Shown one piece after another: positions 47,508-57,500 of a DNA stretch of 64,000 nucleotides. The position numbers and the translations under genes are program-made. Numbering within the stretch: position 1 is the first letter of the stretch; each line of letters begins with the position of its first letter. The notes under the pieces were generated by a model. The model saw only the letters and a list, made by a program, of their open reading frames with translations. It was not told the origin of the DNA and ran no database searches. Where the stretch lies: positions 12,450 through 76,449 of the forward strand of contig CAYQFL010000002.1 in NCBI GenBank assembly GCA_964416905.1. Reading direction: 5' to 3'. The DNA is from an uncultured Methanosarcinales archaeon. Lineage in GTDB: Archaea > Nanobdellota > Nanobdellia > Woesearchaeales > JASKKU01.

Positions 47508-48152
47508 TTACAATAATTCAGCTCTTTTCTTTTTGATTAAGACCTCAGCGATTTTCTTTGGTAGTTTAACTATATCATCTTCTATAAAGGGTCCATAAAT
47601 TTTTAGGTCGGGCCCAATGAATTTAGGTACGGGGTTTAGAATTCTAATCATGAGATATTTTTCCTCATCCTCTTTTTCCTCACTTTTGTTTTCATTAACG
47701 CTTTTGCTCGGTTGAGATGTATACTTGACTTTTGAGAATGTCATAAGGTTTTCAATTACTCCAGAATGATATTCTTTTAAATGGTTTAAAAAATTGTTAA
47801 AAAGCAACCTTTCCTCATCCAGCATGTTTTCAACATCTGAACTTTGGCTTTTAGTTTTAACAGAAATAATAGCTAAATCGGATATTTTTTTGATTCTCCG
47901 TTCAATTATTTCTTTGATTATTGATTTAAGATTGTTAAGCTCTCTTAAACCTTTTTCCTTATCAGCAGAGATAAAGATATCTTCAGTATTATTCTTAAAC
48001 AAGAACTCGTATTTCTGCTTCATATATTTTAAGACGTCATCAAAGAACGTTTTTGGCAGTTTTTGAAGAGTAAGATTCTTCTTCTCACTTCGTAAAATGT
48101 CAAAAAGGCTTTCATAAGTTATTTTTATCTCATCATCATTTTGCTCATCCAT
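47508..48152 (-). CDS. gins51: GINS complex subunit Gins51 (Gins15)
   Basis: Helical A domain (ITYESLFDILRSEKK...LPKTFFDDV). C-terminal B domain VPKFIGPDLKIYGPFIEDDIVKLPKKIAEVLIKK matches the archaeal Gins51 signature. Confidence 0.6.
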   Translation of the reverse strand: MDEQNDDEIKITYESLFDILRSEKKNLTLQKLPKTFFDDVLKYMKQKYEFLFKNNTEDIFISADKEKGLRELNNLKSIIKEIIERRIKKISDLAIISVKTKSQSSDVENMLDEERLLFNNFLNHLKEYHSGVIENLMTFSKVKYTSQPSKSVNENKSEEKEDEEKYLMIRILNPVPKFIGPDLKIYGPFIEDDIVKLPKKIAEVLIKKKRAELL

Positions 48153-48249
48153 ACTCTTTAAGTAGTAACTGTTGTTTTTTAAGTTTTTTATTTTTCTTTT
48201 GAAAAATCCTTAATATAAGCAAGAATCAACGATTTTAACGTTTAATTTA

Positions 48250-48861
48250 TCATAACTCAAGGATTTTTCCTGTTTTACCAACATTTATTACCGTTGTATT
48301 GCCAATTTTTTCTTCAATCCCTGTAGCCTCATGCACATGGGAGCACACAACTAAATCAGGCTGGAACTCCTTTATTATCTTCTCTAAAGCAATACTGCCT
48401 TTGAAGAATTTAGAGAAATTTTCTATCTTTGAACCTGAAGGATGAACATGGCTGACGACAACCCTTTTCTTAATATTCTTGTAATTCTTGATTTTGGTTA
48501 AATTATTCTTTAGAATCTCAAAAGCGACTTCTTCAGAGAACGGAAATGGCCCAACATTAGCGCCACCTAAGCCTGTTAAAGCAACATTGTTGTAAGTTAC
48601 AACCTTGCCGTGTAAATCAATCAACTTATAAAGTTCGCTTAAGAACTCAGCAGTAGCGTCTGATTCATGGTTGCCTCTAACGAACATCGTTTTTAGATTT
48701 CTCTTAACGAATTCATATAGAGTGCCTGGAAAAAAAGTGTCAAAATGAGTTATGTCCCCACAGATTAATACTAAATCAACATTTTCTTTCTCAGCCTTTT
48801 CAGCTAACTGCTTAGATAAAGATACATCTCCGTGTATGTCGCCAAAAGCTAAAACTTTCAT
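48250..48861 (-). CDS. metallophosphoesterase (YfcE/MJ0936-like)
   Basis: MKVLAFGDIHGD, CGDITH, GNHE, SHVHE motifs. Confidence 0.75.
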   Translation of the reverse strand: MKVLAFGDIHGDVSLSKQLAEKAEKENVDLVLICGDITHFDTFFPGTLYEFVKRNLKTMFVRGNHESDATAEFLSELYKLIDLHGKVVTYNNVALTGLGGANVGPFPFSEEVAFEILKNNLTKIKNYKNIKKRVVVSHVHPSGSKIENFSKFFKGSIALEKIIKEFQPDLVVCSHVHEATGIEEKIGNTTVINVGKTGKILEL

Positions 48862-48889
48862 TTTACAGAATAAAAATAATTAAAAGAGA

Positions 48890-49459
48890 TTATCTCCTTA
48901 AAAAGACAGGCTCTCCTTTTGATAGGTCTACTACAATTGAAGGCCTTCTTAACATAATATCATGATGTATAAAATAATGTATGTTATCCACATGAATCTT
49001 CTCAAGGTCTTCTGGTCCTTCTATTATGGAACCTTCACTTCTCGTAGCTGCTGTAGATACAAAAGGATGATTTAGCTGCGAAACAAACCTGGAAATCCAA
49101 TGATTTGGTAGTCTTATACCAACAGTATCTCTTCCTTTATTTACCTCAGGAGATATTGCTTCTTTATTTTTTAATTTAAGAATTAAAGTAAAAGGACCAG
49201 GTAGTTTTTTAAGCCACTCTTCAGCTAATTTGTTAACTTCACAGTTCTGATAAACCCACTCCAAGTTAGGCACTATGATTGAGAACGGATTCTCAGTTTG
49301 TTTTATCTCACGAATTCGTCTTACAGGTTCATCTTCAGTTGCAATTGCACCAATCCCAAAAATGGTGTCTGTTGGATGTATAAACAGTTTACCATCAAGG
49401 ATCTCTTTTATGAAGATATGCGGTTTTAGTTCGACTTCTTCTTTAGTAACAATTTGCAT
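48890..49459 (-). CDS. tsaC: L-threonylcarbamoyladenylate synthase (TsaC/YrdC/Sua5 domain)
   Basis: LFIHPTDTIFGIGAIA, VGIRLPNH. Confidence 0.7.
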   Translation of the reverse strand: MQIVTKEEVELKPHIFIKEILDGKLFIHPTDTIFGIGAIATEDEPVRRIREIKQTENPFSIIVPNLEWVYQNCEVNKLAEEWLKKLPGPFTLILKLKNKEAISPEVNKGRDTVGIRLPNHWISRFVSQLNHPFVSTAATRSEGSIIEGPEDLEKIHVDNIHYFIHHDIMLRRPSIVVDLSKGEPVFLRR

Positions 49460-49583
49460 TTCTAAAAAGGAGTATTCAGGTTTCAGTTAAAAAGTTTTCC
49501 GTATTGTTGCTAAGTTTTAAGTTGAGAGCTTTTAAACTGCTTAGTAAAATATTTAAACATCTATAGTTATTTACTTATAGAAA

Positions 49584-49866
49584 AGATGGCCAGTGCACTC
49601 TCGGGGTATTCCTGAGGAAAGTCCGCCCATCGCTAACGGAGGCCTTCCAAAGAAGGATGCTTCACAGGCATAGCTCTTGGACAGAAACAAAACCGCCTGA
49701 AAAACAGGATGAGGTTCCCGAAGCTCTTTTCAAGAGCGAGATAACGAACCGACGTTTTTTCAGGAAAGGGTTAAACTCCAAGCTCCTCCGATGCAAGGTT
49801 GAACCGCAAAGTTGAATGTGCACACACTCGTTTATGAGTGACAGAAGGCGGCTTATGGCCATCTTT
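49584..49866 (+). ncRNA. rnpB: RNase P RNA (compact archaeal form)
   Basis: GAGGAAAGTCCGCCC (CR-I/P4 5' strand). ACAGAAGGCGGCTTA (CR-V/P4 3' strand) with compensatory CCGCC/GGCGG. P1 helix AGATGGCCA/TGGCCATCT. TATA-like box about 30 nt upstream. Confidence 0.8.
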
Positions 49867-49982
49867 TCCTTTTCACTTTCTTTATAACTTTCTTCATATT
49901 TTTACGTTTTTTAGCAAAGTTTAAACAACTCCTTTTGAGAAGTAACATATGTTTTTAAATTACTCTTGCTTGTTGCTATGTA

Positions 49983-50942
49983 ATGGATCCAGAAGTCTTT
50001 TTGAAAGTTGAAGACTTGAATGTCGCTTTAAACGATAACCTTATTTTGAAAGATATTGACCTTAAAGTATACAAATCCGAGATTCTTAGCTTTGTTGGTG
50101 TTTCAGGTTCTGGTAAGACGACTTTGCTTATGACGCTTTTAGGGTTGATAAAACCCGTTGGCGGTGACATATTCTTTGCTCACAAGACTAAAAAAGGCAC
50201 AGTTTTTAAGTCAATATTTGACCATTTGGATTACTTTAGGTCCCATGTAGGTTTTTCAACCCAAGAGTCCTCTTTTTATAGAAAACTGAGTATCCAAGAA
50301 AACTTGGAATTCTTTGGCTCTATGTATTCGTTACCTTATGATGTTCTTAAACAGAGAATTGCGATTTTACTAGATCTGTTTGAGCTTAAAAATCACAGAG
50401 ATAAAATTGCTGAGGAATTGTCTGGCGGTATGAAAAAGAGGTTAGATTTGGCCATCTCACTCATACACAACCCCTTAATCTTGATACTTGATGAACCTAC
50501 TGCAGAATTAGACCCTGTGCTTAGAAAAGAGATGTGGTATTTTATTAAGAAGATAAATGAAAGGGGCAAGACGATTCTTTTAAGCTCGCATTTTATTAAT
50601 GATATGGAATCATTAGCTGACAGAATTGCAGTCCTTTCAGATAATCAAATAGCCCTCATAGGAACACCTTCAGAAATTAGAGAGGGTATGGGTCTATCAG
50701 ACCAGGTTGTTATTGAAACAACTCCAGGGAACTATGATAACCTGCTAAAAATCTTTTATAATCACAAAAAAATCGGTTTGCGTAACCATAAGATAAGTAT
50801 GAATCATTTGACACTTTTGGTTAACGATAGTCATTCAGCTTTAGTTGAGATCATCAAGATTTTAGAAAACAGTTCAGAAAAAATAATTAACCTTGAATTA
50901 AGAAAACCACCTTTAGAAGAGTTGTTTGAAATGTTGCCCTGA
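49983..50942 (+). CDS. ABC transporter ATP-binding protein (ABC-2 type)
   Basis: Walker A GVSGSGKTT. Signature LSGGMKKR. Walker B ILILDEPT. Confidence 0.85.
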   Translation: MDPEVFLKVEDLNVALNDNLILKDIDLKVYKSEILSFVGVSGSGKTTLLMTLLGLIKPVGGDIFFAHKTKKGTVFKSIFDHLDYFRSHVGFSTQESSFYRKLSIQENLEFFGSMYSLPYDVLKQRIAILLDLFELKNHRDKIAEELSGGMKKRLDLAISLIHNPLILILDEPTAELDPVLRKEMWYFIKKINERGKTILLSSHFINDMESLADRIAVLSDNQIALIGTPSEIREGMGLSDQVVIETTPGNYDNLLKIFYNHKKIGLRNHKISMNHLTLLVNDSHSALVEIIKILENSSEKIINLELRKPPLEELFEMLP

Positions 50943-50965
50943 TTTTATGAAACTCTAATTGAAAA

Positions 50966-52966
50966 ATGATACGAACAATCTTTGAAGTTATCAAAAAGGA
51001 TTTGAAGTTGTTGATGAGGAGTAAGTTTTCCTCATTAGTGATTTTGCTCACCCCTCTTTTGATTATTTTGATAACTGGAGTTGCTTTGGAGAACCAAACA
51101 AATTTTTACATAACTGTAGGAACTTACTCTCAAAGTTATTCTCACCTTTCAAAATCATACATCTCAAACTTAGAATCAAACTCAGTTATTGTTGAATATT
51201 TTGATTCAGAGCAAGAATGTATTGATGCTGTTAAAATAGGCAAAGTACATGCTTGCGTTGTCTTCTCACCAGATTTAAGGATAGAGGAAAAATATAACGG
51301 TTTTATTAGATTTTATGTTGACTATTCTCATCTTAACTTAGCTTGGATTATCAAAGATTTATTGTTTACAAGTGCCGAGCAAGAGAGCAAAGAAATCTCT
51401 CAAAACCTAATTGATGACTTAATCTCAGTTGTTGAATTAACTAACGAGAATGTCGATAAAGAAAAGGCTGAGCTAACTAACCTTGCAACAAGCAATGATA
51501 AGCTCTCAAGTATATTCTCAACACTTTATTCATATATCTCTGTTTTGCATCCCGAATATGATCTTTCAAAGTTAAAGATATCTGATTTAAGTGATGCAGC
51601 CTCCTCTCTTAAATTGAAGTCTACAGGCGTTATTTCTTTAGCAAGTAATAAACTGTCCGAGTTAAGCTCTTCCTTGGATTCTTTGAAATCTACAATTTCT
51701 GCAATGAACAATTCAGAAGTTGAAGCCACACTTTTGCCGAAGATTGACCAAATGAAAGCAGATATTGTCTCATATCAACAGCTCTTAACTAGTAACAAAA
51801 ATTCAATTGAATCTGAAGCTGGAGCTTTAGAATCATATATCTCAAACCTTAAATCTGCAATTGACGAACTATCACAAATTTTGAACCAAGTAAAAATTTC
51901 TCAGGAGAAATCTATCGAGTATGTTAATGATGGAAAACAAGAGGCAGTTAATTTATTGAATTACATCTTTAGCCTGCAAAAATCAATCAACGAGATTGAA
52001 AAGAAGATTGATGAAATCAACATTCTTTCTTCAGGAAAGATTGCAGAACCTTTCAAGACTGAGATAAAATCTGTAACTCCAGAAAAGCAAAGTATAACTT
52101 TGTTGTTTCCAATAATTCTTTCACTAATGATACTTTTTGTAAGTTTAGTTGTTTCTTCAACCCTTGTCCAGATGGAGAAACAGTCTGAAGCACATATTAG
52201 GAACATAACTACCCCAACAAAGACAATAGTGATAAGCTTAGGTATTTTTTTAACAACACTCTTTATTGTGTTGTTTCAATTTATAATATCAATGATATCT
52301 ATAGCTCCGCTTGTCAACATCCCTAATTTTTTCCTAAGATTCTCGTCAGCACTATTACTGACTTTAATATCTTCTCCAGTTTTCATACTTATAGGAATCC
52401 TTATAGGAAGTTTATCTAAAAGTGAGCAGGGAAGTTTAATTTTAACCATTCTTGTGGCATTGCTCTTGATAATCTTTTCAGGTATGATATATCCTCTTGA
52501 AGGATTTCCAAGAGGATTCCAGATGGTGCTAAAGCTAAATCCTTTATACCTTTCGAACTATTTTTATAATCAGGTATTTGTTAAAGATGCAGCTTTAAGC
52601 CAAATGCTCCTACAGATACTAACTCAGATTTGCTGGCTGATTGGTCTTTTTATATCTTTAATTCTATTGCAAGATCTGTTTGATGAGAAGTTCTTAAGTA
52701 GGCATACAACAAAAGCATTGCATAGACCAAAGAAGAAAGCCTCAAACAAAAGAGCGAACTCACAGGAATACGCAAAATTAACCAAACTTCTTCTAGAACT
52801 TAACCACATTCTTTCACCTAAAAATAAACTAACAAAAGATCAGGTTGATGAAGCAAAGAGGCTGTACCTCGAAGCGTTAGCAATTTACCAAAAACTTGAT
52901 AAACGGACAAAGGAAGAATTCTTTGATGAACTCAATTTGATACATAAAAAACTCTCAGCTTTATGA
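50966..52966 (+). CDS. ABC-2 permease with large coiled-coil extracytoplasmic domain (YhgE/Pip-like) and C-terminal basic tail
   Basis: N-terminal TM. About 330-aa extracellular helical domain. C-terminal 6-TM ABC-2 domain. Confidence 0.6.
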   Translation: MIRTIFEVIKKDLKLLMRSKFSSLVILLTPLLIILITGVALENQTNFYITVGTYSQSYSHLSKSYISNLESNSVIVEYFDSEQECIDAVKIGKVHACVVFSPDLRIEEKYNGFIRFYVDYSHLNLAWIIKDLLFTSAEQESKEISQNLIDDLISVVELTNENVDKEKAELTNLATSNDKLSSIFSTLYSYISVLHPEYDLSKLKISDLSDAASSLKLKSTGVISLASNKLSELSSSLDSLKSTISAMNNSEVEATLLPKIDQMKADIVSYQQLLTSNKNSIESEAGALESYISNLKSAIDELSQILNQVKISQEKSIEYVNDGKQEAVNLLNYIFSLQKSINEIEKKIDEINILSSGKIAEPFKTEIKSVTPEKQSITLLFPIILSLMILFVSLVVSSTLVQMEKQSEAHIRNITTPTKTIVISLGIFLTTLFIVLFQFIISMISIAPLVNIPNFFLRFSSALLLTLISSPVFILIGILIGSLSKSEQGSLILTILVALLLIIFSGMIYPLEGFPRGFQMVLKLNPLYLSNYFYNQVFVKDAALSQMLLQILTQICWLIGLFISLILLQDLFDEKFLSRHTTKALHRPKKKASNKRANSQEYAKLTKLLLELNHILSPKNKLTKDQVDEAKRLYLEALAIYQKLDKRTKEEFFDELNLIHKKLSAL

Positions 52967-53937
52967 AAATGAACATAGTAGAAGCGAAAAACGTAACCCT
53001 AGCTTATAAGAATTATCTAGCCCTTAAAGATGTCTCTTTTAATATTAAGAAAGGGACGGTTTTAGGGATTCTTGGAGAGAGCGGTGTGGGAAAGACAACT
53101 TTGTTATCTTTAATTGTTGGTTTAATCAAACCATCTTCTGGAAGAATTCTTTTAAACCTTGATAAAACAAAAATAGGTTTTTCTTTTCAAACACCATCTT
53201 TTTTTGATGAGTTGACTGTTGAGGAGAACATCGAGTATTTTGGTAAGTTGTTTGGTTTAAGCAAAACAGAACTAGCAAGAAACAAAAAATTTTTGTTAGG
53301 TTTCCTCGAATTGAAAGATTACTCTAAAAAAATCGCTAAAGAACTCTCAGGAGGTATGAGAAAAAGATTGGATGTCATTTTATCTCTACTTAATGACCCT
53401 GAGCTTATTATTTTAGATGAACCTGTGGGCGAATTGGATCCTTTCTTGAGAGAGAAGGTTAATGAGTTAATCTCAATTTACAATAAAAAAGGCGCTACTA
53501 TTGTTTTGACATCTCACTATCTTTCAGATTTGATGGACGTTTGTGAAGAGTTTATAATATTAAAAGACAAGAGTGTGATTTTTTCTGGTTCTTTTGAGGA
53601 GCTATTGTCAAAGCTGGATGTTAATTACAAGACTCAGATTGTATTAGAAAATGAGAGGGATGTAGAATTGTTTAAAACAATCTTTAGATATAATGAATCT
53701 TTGTCTGTAAGAAATAAAGTGATTTTTTTGCATAAGGATAAGCCTTTGTTTTATAAACTCCTCTTGCATTTTATTAAAAAGAATAACATCAAGGTAAAAG
53801 AAATAAAAGTAACTTCCCCAGAGCTGAGAGATTTGTTTTTAGATTTAGTCTCAAACAAAGAAAGAAGCCTGAAACCAGACAAAGCTGAAGAGGAAAATAA
53901 ATCTGATGTCGATAAAAAAGAACAAACTTTAGCTTAA
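52963..53937 (+). CDS. ABC transporter ATP-binding protein (second copy)
   Basis: GESGVGKTT, LSGGMRKR, IILDEPV. Confidence 0.85.
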   Translation: MKMNIVEAKNVTLAYKNYLALKDVSFNIKKGTVLGILGESGVGKTTLLSLIVGLIKPSSGRILLNLDKTKIGFSFQTPSFFDELTVEENIEYFGKLFGLSKTELARNKKFLLGFLELKDYSKKIAKELSGGMRKRLDVILSLLNDPELIILDEPVGELDPFLREKVNELISIYNKKGATIVLTSHYLSDLMDVCEEFIILKDKSVIFSGSFEELLSKLDVNYKTQIVLENERDVELFKTIFRYNESLSVRNKVIFLHKDKPLFYKLLLHFIKKNNIKVKEIKVTSPELRDLFLDLVSNKERSLKPDKAEEENKSDVDKKEQTLA

Positions 53938-53942
53938 AGAAC

Positions 53943-55691
53943 ATGATATTCAAAAACCTAAAGATTTTTTTGAGGAACAAAGCATCTCTGACAGTATTAC
54001 TCGTAAGTCTATTCCTTCTTATTATAATACTTATACCTTTGTTTAGACAGGACACACAAAGTTTGGTTATTGCTTATTATCAAAAGGGAGCTTCAAATGT
54101 TACTGATTCAATAAAAATGATATTAAACCAATCACCTAATGTTCTCATTGAATCCCGAGATGAACAAGCCTGTATAGATTCAGTAAAAAAATCAACATCT
54201 AAAATATGTATAATCTTTCCAGAGAATCTTTCTATTTCAGAGGATTTCAATCAATCAATTGAATTCGTAATAGACCAATCAAAAATAAATATTGCTTACT
54301 TATTGCTTGACAGAATCAAGTCAGAACTCAATCTTTTTACCAAATCAAAACAATATGAATACATTGATGAGGTATTAGATTCATATAAAAATGCTACTGA
54401 GAACATCTCTCAAGCCCTATCAAAAATCAATGACGGAATTAATCTCGTATCCAAAATTAATAATGTGAACACTCATATCCAGTTACTGCTTTCCCAAATA
54501 AATACAAATTCTAAAACTTTAGATGCCTTTAAACTTAAAGAATCAGCATTTGAACTTGTAAACTTATATAATCGAGTAAGTGATTTAACTCAACAGACAA
54601 TAAGTTTATTTGATGACTTATATGAGAATATCGAACAGATAAACGAAAGCTATAACTTTTCAGAACAAGAATTGAATTTATCCAAGTATTTTAAGGATTA
54701 CATTGAAATTAAATTTGATTACCTTAGGAAGAAAAATCATTCCAATGAGAAAACCTCTGATTTGTTAAATAACGTTAACGATTTTGCAGCATATTATCAA
54801 GATTCTAAATCCAACTTAGAATTAATTGAACAGAAAAAAGAAGCAATAAGTGAAGATTTATCTAGAATTGAAGAGACAACAAATGGGTTATTGCAACTTC
54901 TTTCATATCAAAAATCAATTTTAGAAAAGGTAATAAAAAACTACAATTCGTTACCTATCAAAGAAACAGAAACTCTTGTAGAACCTATAAAAACTAAAAT
55001 TATCCCAATATTCGAGTCAAACAATGAATCTGTTATACTGCCTTCAGTTTTATCTTTGTTAATCATATTCTCCTCATTATTATTCTCATCTTCAATCGTT
55101 GTTTCAAATAAGTTGTCCCGAGGTAGCTTACGAGAGATTCTTTCTAGAAAGAACAAAATGTATTTTTACTTGTCTTCCTTCTTCTCATCTTTTGTTATTG
55201 TTTTGATAGAATTGTTTGTGTTTATAGTTATAATCTCCTTAGCTTTACACTTAACTGTTAATCAAATCCTGTGGTTTTTATTACTATTATTGATATCAAT
55301 TCCTATTTTTTGTTCTTTGGGTATTCTTATAGGCAACTTGAGTTCCAGCAAAGAAACTGCAGCATTTTTCTCTTTAATCTTAACAGTTGTTTTGTTGATA
55401 TTATCAGGAGATTTGATGCCTGTCGAATTCTTCCCAGAATTTGTAAAACATGCACTTATGTTCTCACCTTATGAAATCTTCAAAAAGTTTTCTTTTAACA
55501 TCGTTGTCGGAAATTTAAAAGATGTGCTAACATCAAATCAACTGGCAACATTAAGTTACTATCTAATCTCGTTTTTACTTTTTTCTTATCTTACATTTAA
55601 CAACGCTGAAAAAATTAGAACAAAAATGCTAAACGATTTAAGCAAGAGACAATTAAAGAAATCAAAGCTAAAGCCAACAAAACACAAATAA
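53943..55691 (+). CDS. ABC-2 permease with large extracytoplasmic domain (second YhgE/Pip-like copy)
   Basis: Same architecture as 50966..52966. Confidence 0.6.
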   Translation: MIFKNLKIFLRNKASLTVLLVSLFLLIIILIPLFRQDTQSLVIAYYQKGASNVTDSIKMILNQSPNVLIESRDEQACIDSVKKSTSKICIIFPENLSISEDFNQSIEFVIDQSKINIAYLLLDRIKSELNLFTKSKQYEYIDEVLDSYKNATENISQALSKINDGINLVSKINNVNTHIQLLLSQINTNSKTLDAFKLKESAFELVNLYNRVSDLTQQTISLFDDLYENIEQINESYNFSEQELNLSKYFKDYIEIKFDYLRKKNHSNEKTSDLLNNVNDFAAYYQDSKSNLELIEQKKEAISEDLSRIEETTNGLLQLLSYQKSILEKVIKNYNSLPIKETETLVEPIKTKIIPIFESNNESVILPSVLSLLIIFSSLLFSSSIVVSNKLSRGSLREILSRKNKMYFYLSSFFSSFVIVLIELFVFIVIISLALHLTVNQILWFLLLLLISIPIFCSLGILIGNLSSSKETAAFFSLILTVVLLILSGDLMPVEFFPEFVKHALMFSPYEIFKKFSFNIVVGNLKDVLTSNQLATLSYYLISFLLFSYLTFNNAEKIRTKMLNDLSKRQLKKSKLKPTKHK

Positions 55692-55759
55692 AACTAAGCA
55701 TTTCAGTCAGATTTTTATAGTTTTAAGTTCTGCTTTTAACTGCTTTTCAAGATGATAAC

Positions 55760-56245
55760 ATGAGAATAATTATTATAGGAACGCCAGGAACAGGGAAATC
55801 TACTTTAGCTAACTTTTTATCAAAAAGTTTGCAGATTCAAACATATAATGTTACTGATTTAATCAAAGAAAGTGAGCTGAATAAAGAATACAACAAAGAA
55901 CTGGATACCATTGAAGTGGATGAATCTGAGTTAAAAAAGTTTCTTGATGAATCCTTCAAAGACAAAAAAGATTTTATCCTGGATGGACACTTAGCCCATC
56001 TGCTTTCAAGTAACTTTGTTGATCTGTGCCTTGTCTTAAGATGCGATAATTCTGTACTTTATCAAAGATTAACTGCAAGAGGTTACTCAAAAGATAAAAT
56101 CAAAGATAACCTTGAATCTGAAATCTTTAATCAATGTTATGAGGATGCTAAAGCGAGAAATCATAAAATTTTAACAATAGACACATCCAATTTCAAGGAC
56201 GAAGATTTTTCGTTGTTATCAGATTTTATTAAGGCAAATTTATAA
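55760..56245 (+). CDS. Fap7/AK6-like nucleoside monophosphate kinase (ribosome biogenesis)
   Basis: MRIIIIGTPGTGKSTLA P-loop. About 160 aa. LID-less NMP kinase layout. Confidence 0.55.
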   Translation: MRIIIIGTPGTGKSTLANFLSKSLQIQTYNVTDLIKESELNKEYNKELDTIEVDESELKKFLDESFKDKKDFILDGHLAHLLSSNFVDLCLVLRCDNSVLYQRLTARGYSKDKIKDNLESEIFNQCYEDAKARNHKILTIDTSNFKDEDFSLLSDFIKANL

Positions 56246-56270
56246 AGTTAAAAATAATCTTGTTTACACA

Positions 56271-57452
56271 ATGACTCTTGGAAAAGAAGCTAAAAATGCA
56301 TTGAATGACTTAAACTCCTTTAGAGACTTTAGCTGGTTAGATGTTAGGGCAATGCTTTCAGAGATTAAATCATATTTAATTAATTCAAAAGTGGACAAGG
56401 TTTATGAAATTAATAGAGAGGTTTTACAACTAAGGTTTCATAACCCGGTTCATAAGAAAATAAACCTAATAATACAGTTACCAAAATTTTTCTTTATCAC
56501 AAAAAAAGAGTTTGAGAAACCAACGCAACCTTCAGGTTTTGTTATGCTGTTAAGAAAAAAACTTCAAAATTCACGCCTTTTATCCATAGAACAAGTGCAG
56601 TCAGAAAGATTACTCAAACTTGTTTTTTCAAAAGAAGAAAACTTTGTTATGTACATTGAGTTCTTGAAACCTGGCAATATTATCCTTTGTGACGAACAAG
56701 ACGTTATTATTGCTGCTTACAGAAATTTAGAATTCTCATCCAGGAAAATTTTCCCAAAAGAGAAATATGTTTTTCCTTTTAAAGAAAATTTAATCTGTTT
56801 AGAGAAAGAAAAGTTCTTTGATGTCTTAATAAACTCAAAGAAACAGAACATCGTAAAAGCCTTAGCACTAGATTTAGCTTTAGGTGGCTTTTATTCAGAA
56901 TTGATTCTTTCAATACCAAACATAGATAAATCCAAGAAGGCTGCAGAGCTTGATAACAAAGAATTAACTGCGATTTATGAACTATTCCAGACTTTAGTAA
57001 CCGCTTCAGGTGAGGAAAAGAATAAGGAAAGTTATCTTTTTGGCAAAGACTATTCGCCAATCTTTTTTGATAAACAACGAGAAATCATTGCTAAAAACAA
57101 ACAAGCCGTTAAACTATTTCCAACATTCTCAGATTTAGTTGCATATCTTTTTGAGAATTCTAAATTAGTTAAAGAACAAAGCTCTGGAACAAGTAAAAAA
57201 TCTGAAAAGATAAAGAGAATTATTGATTCTCAGCTTAAAGAATTAGAGCGTGCTAAAAAAGATTACGAGTTAGCTAAATCTCAAGGTGAAGCAATATACC
57301 AAAACTATGCAGTTTTGGAACAGATTATTAGCGAGATAAAAACTTTGAGAAAGAAGAACTATGACTATGAACAGATTCAAAATTTGCTTCTTGAAAAAGG
57401 TTATAAAATCAAGATTAATCCAGAGGAGAATAAACTAATCATTGAGCTTTAA
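56271..57452 (+). CDS. NFACT-N domain protein (Rqc2/NEMF/FbpA family, short form)
   Basis: LLRKKLQNSRLLSIEQVQSERLLKLVF..YIEFLKPGNIILCD...IIAAYR...RKIFPKEKYVFP matches the NFACT-N consensus. Coiled coil follows. Confidence 0.6.
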   Translation: MTLGKEAKNALNDLNSFRDFSWLDVRAMLSEIKSYLINSKVDKVYEINREVLQLRFHNPVHKKINLIIQLPKFFFITKKEFEKPTQPSGFVMLLRKKLQNSRLLSIEQVQSERLLKLVFSKEENFVMYIEFLKPGNIILCDEQDVIIAAYRNLEFSSRKIFPKEKYVFPFKENLICLEKEKFFDVLINSKKQNIVKALALDLALGGFYSELILSIPNIDKSKKAAELDNKELTAIYELFQTLVTASGEEKNKESYLFGKDYSPIFFDKQREIIAKNKQAVKLFPTFSDLVAYLFENSKLVKEQSSGTSKKSEKIKRIIDSQLKELERAKKDYELAKSQGEAIYQNYAVLEQIISEIKTLRKKNYDYEQIQNLLLEKGYKIKINPEENKLIIEL

Positions 57453-57500
57453 AGCTAGCAGACAAATACATTTATAAAACTTAAACGAATTCTTTTTTTT

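Noticed and set aside
49662-49862. 66-aa minus-strand ORF
   Set aside because: Lies entirely inside the RNase P RNA gene. GC-rich structured RNA gives a spurious open frame.
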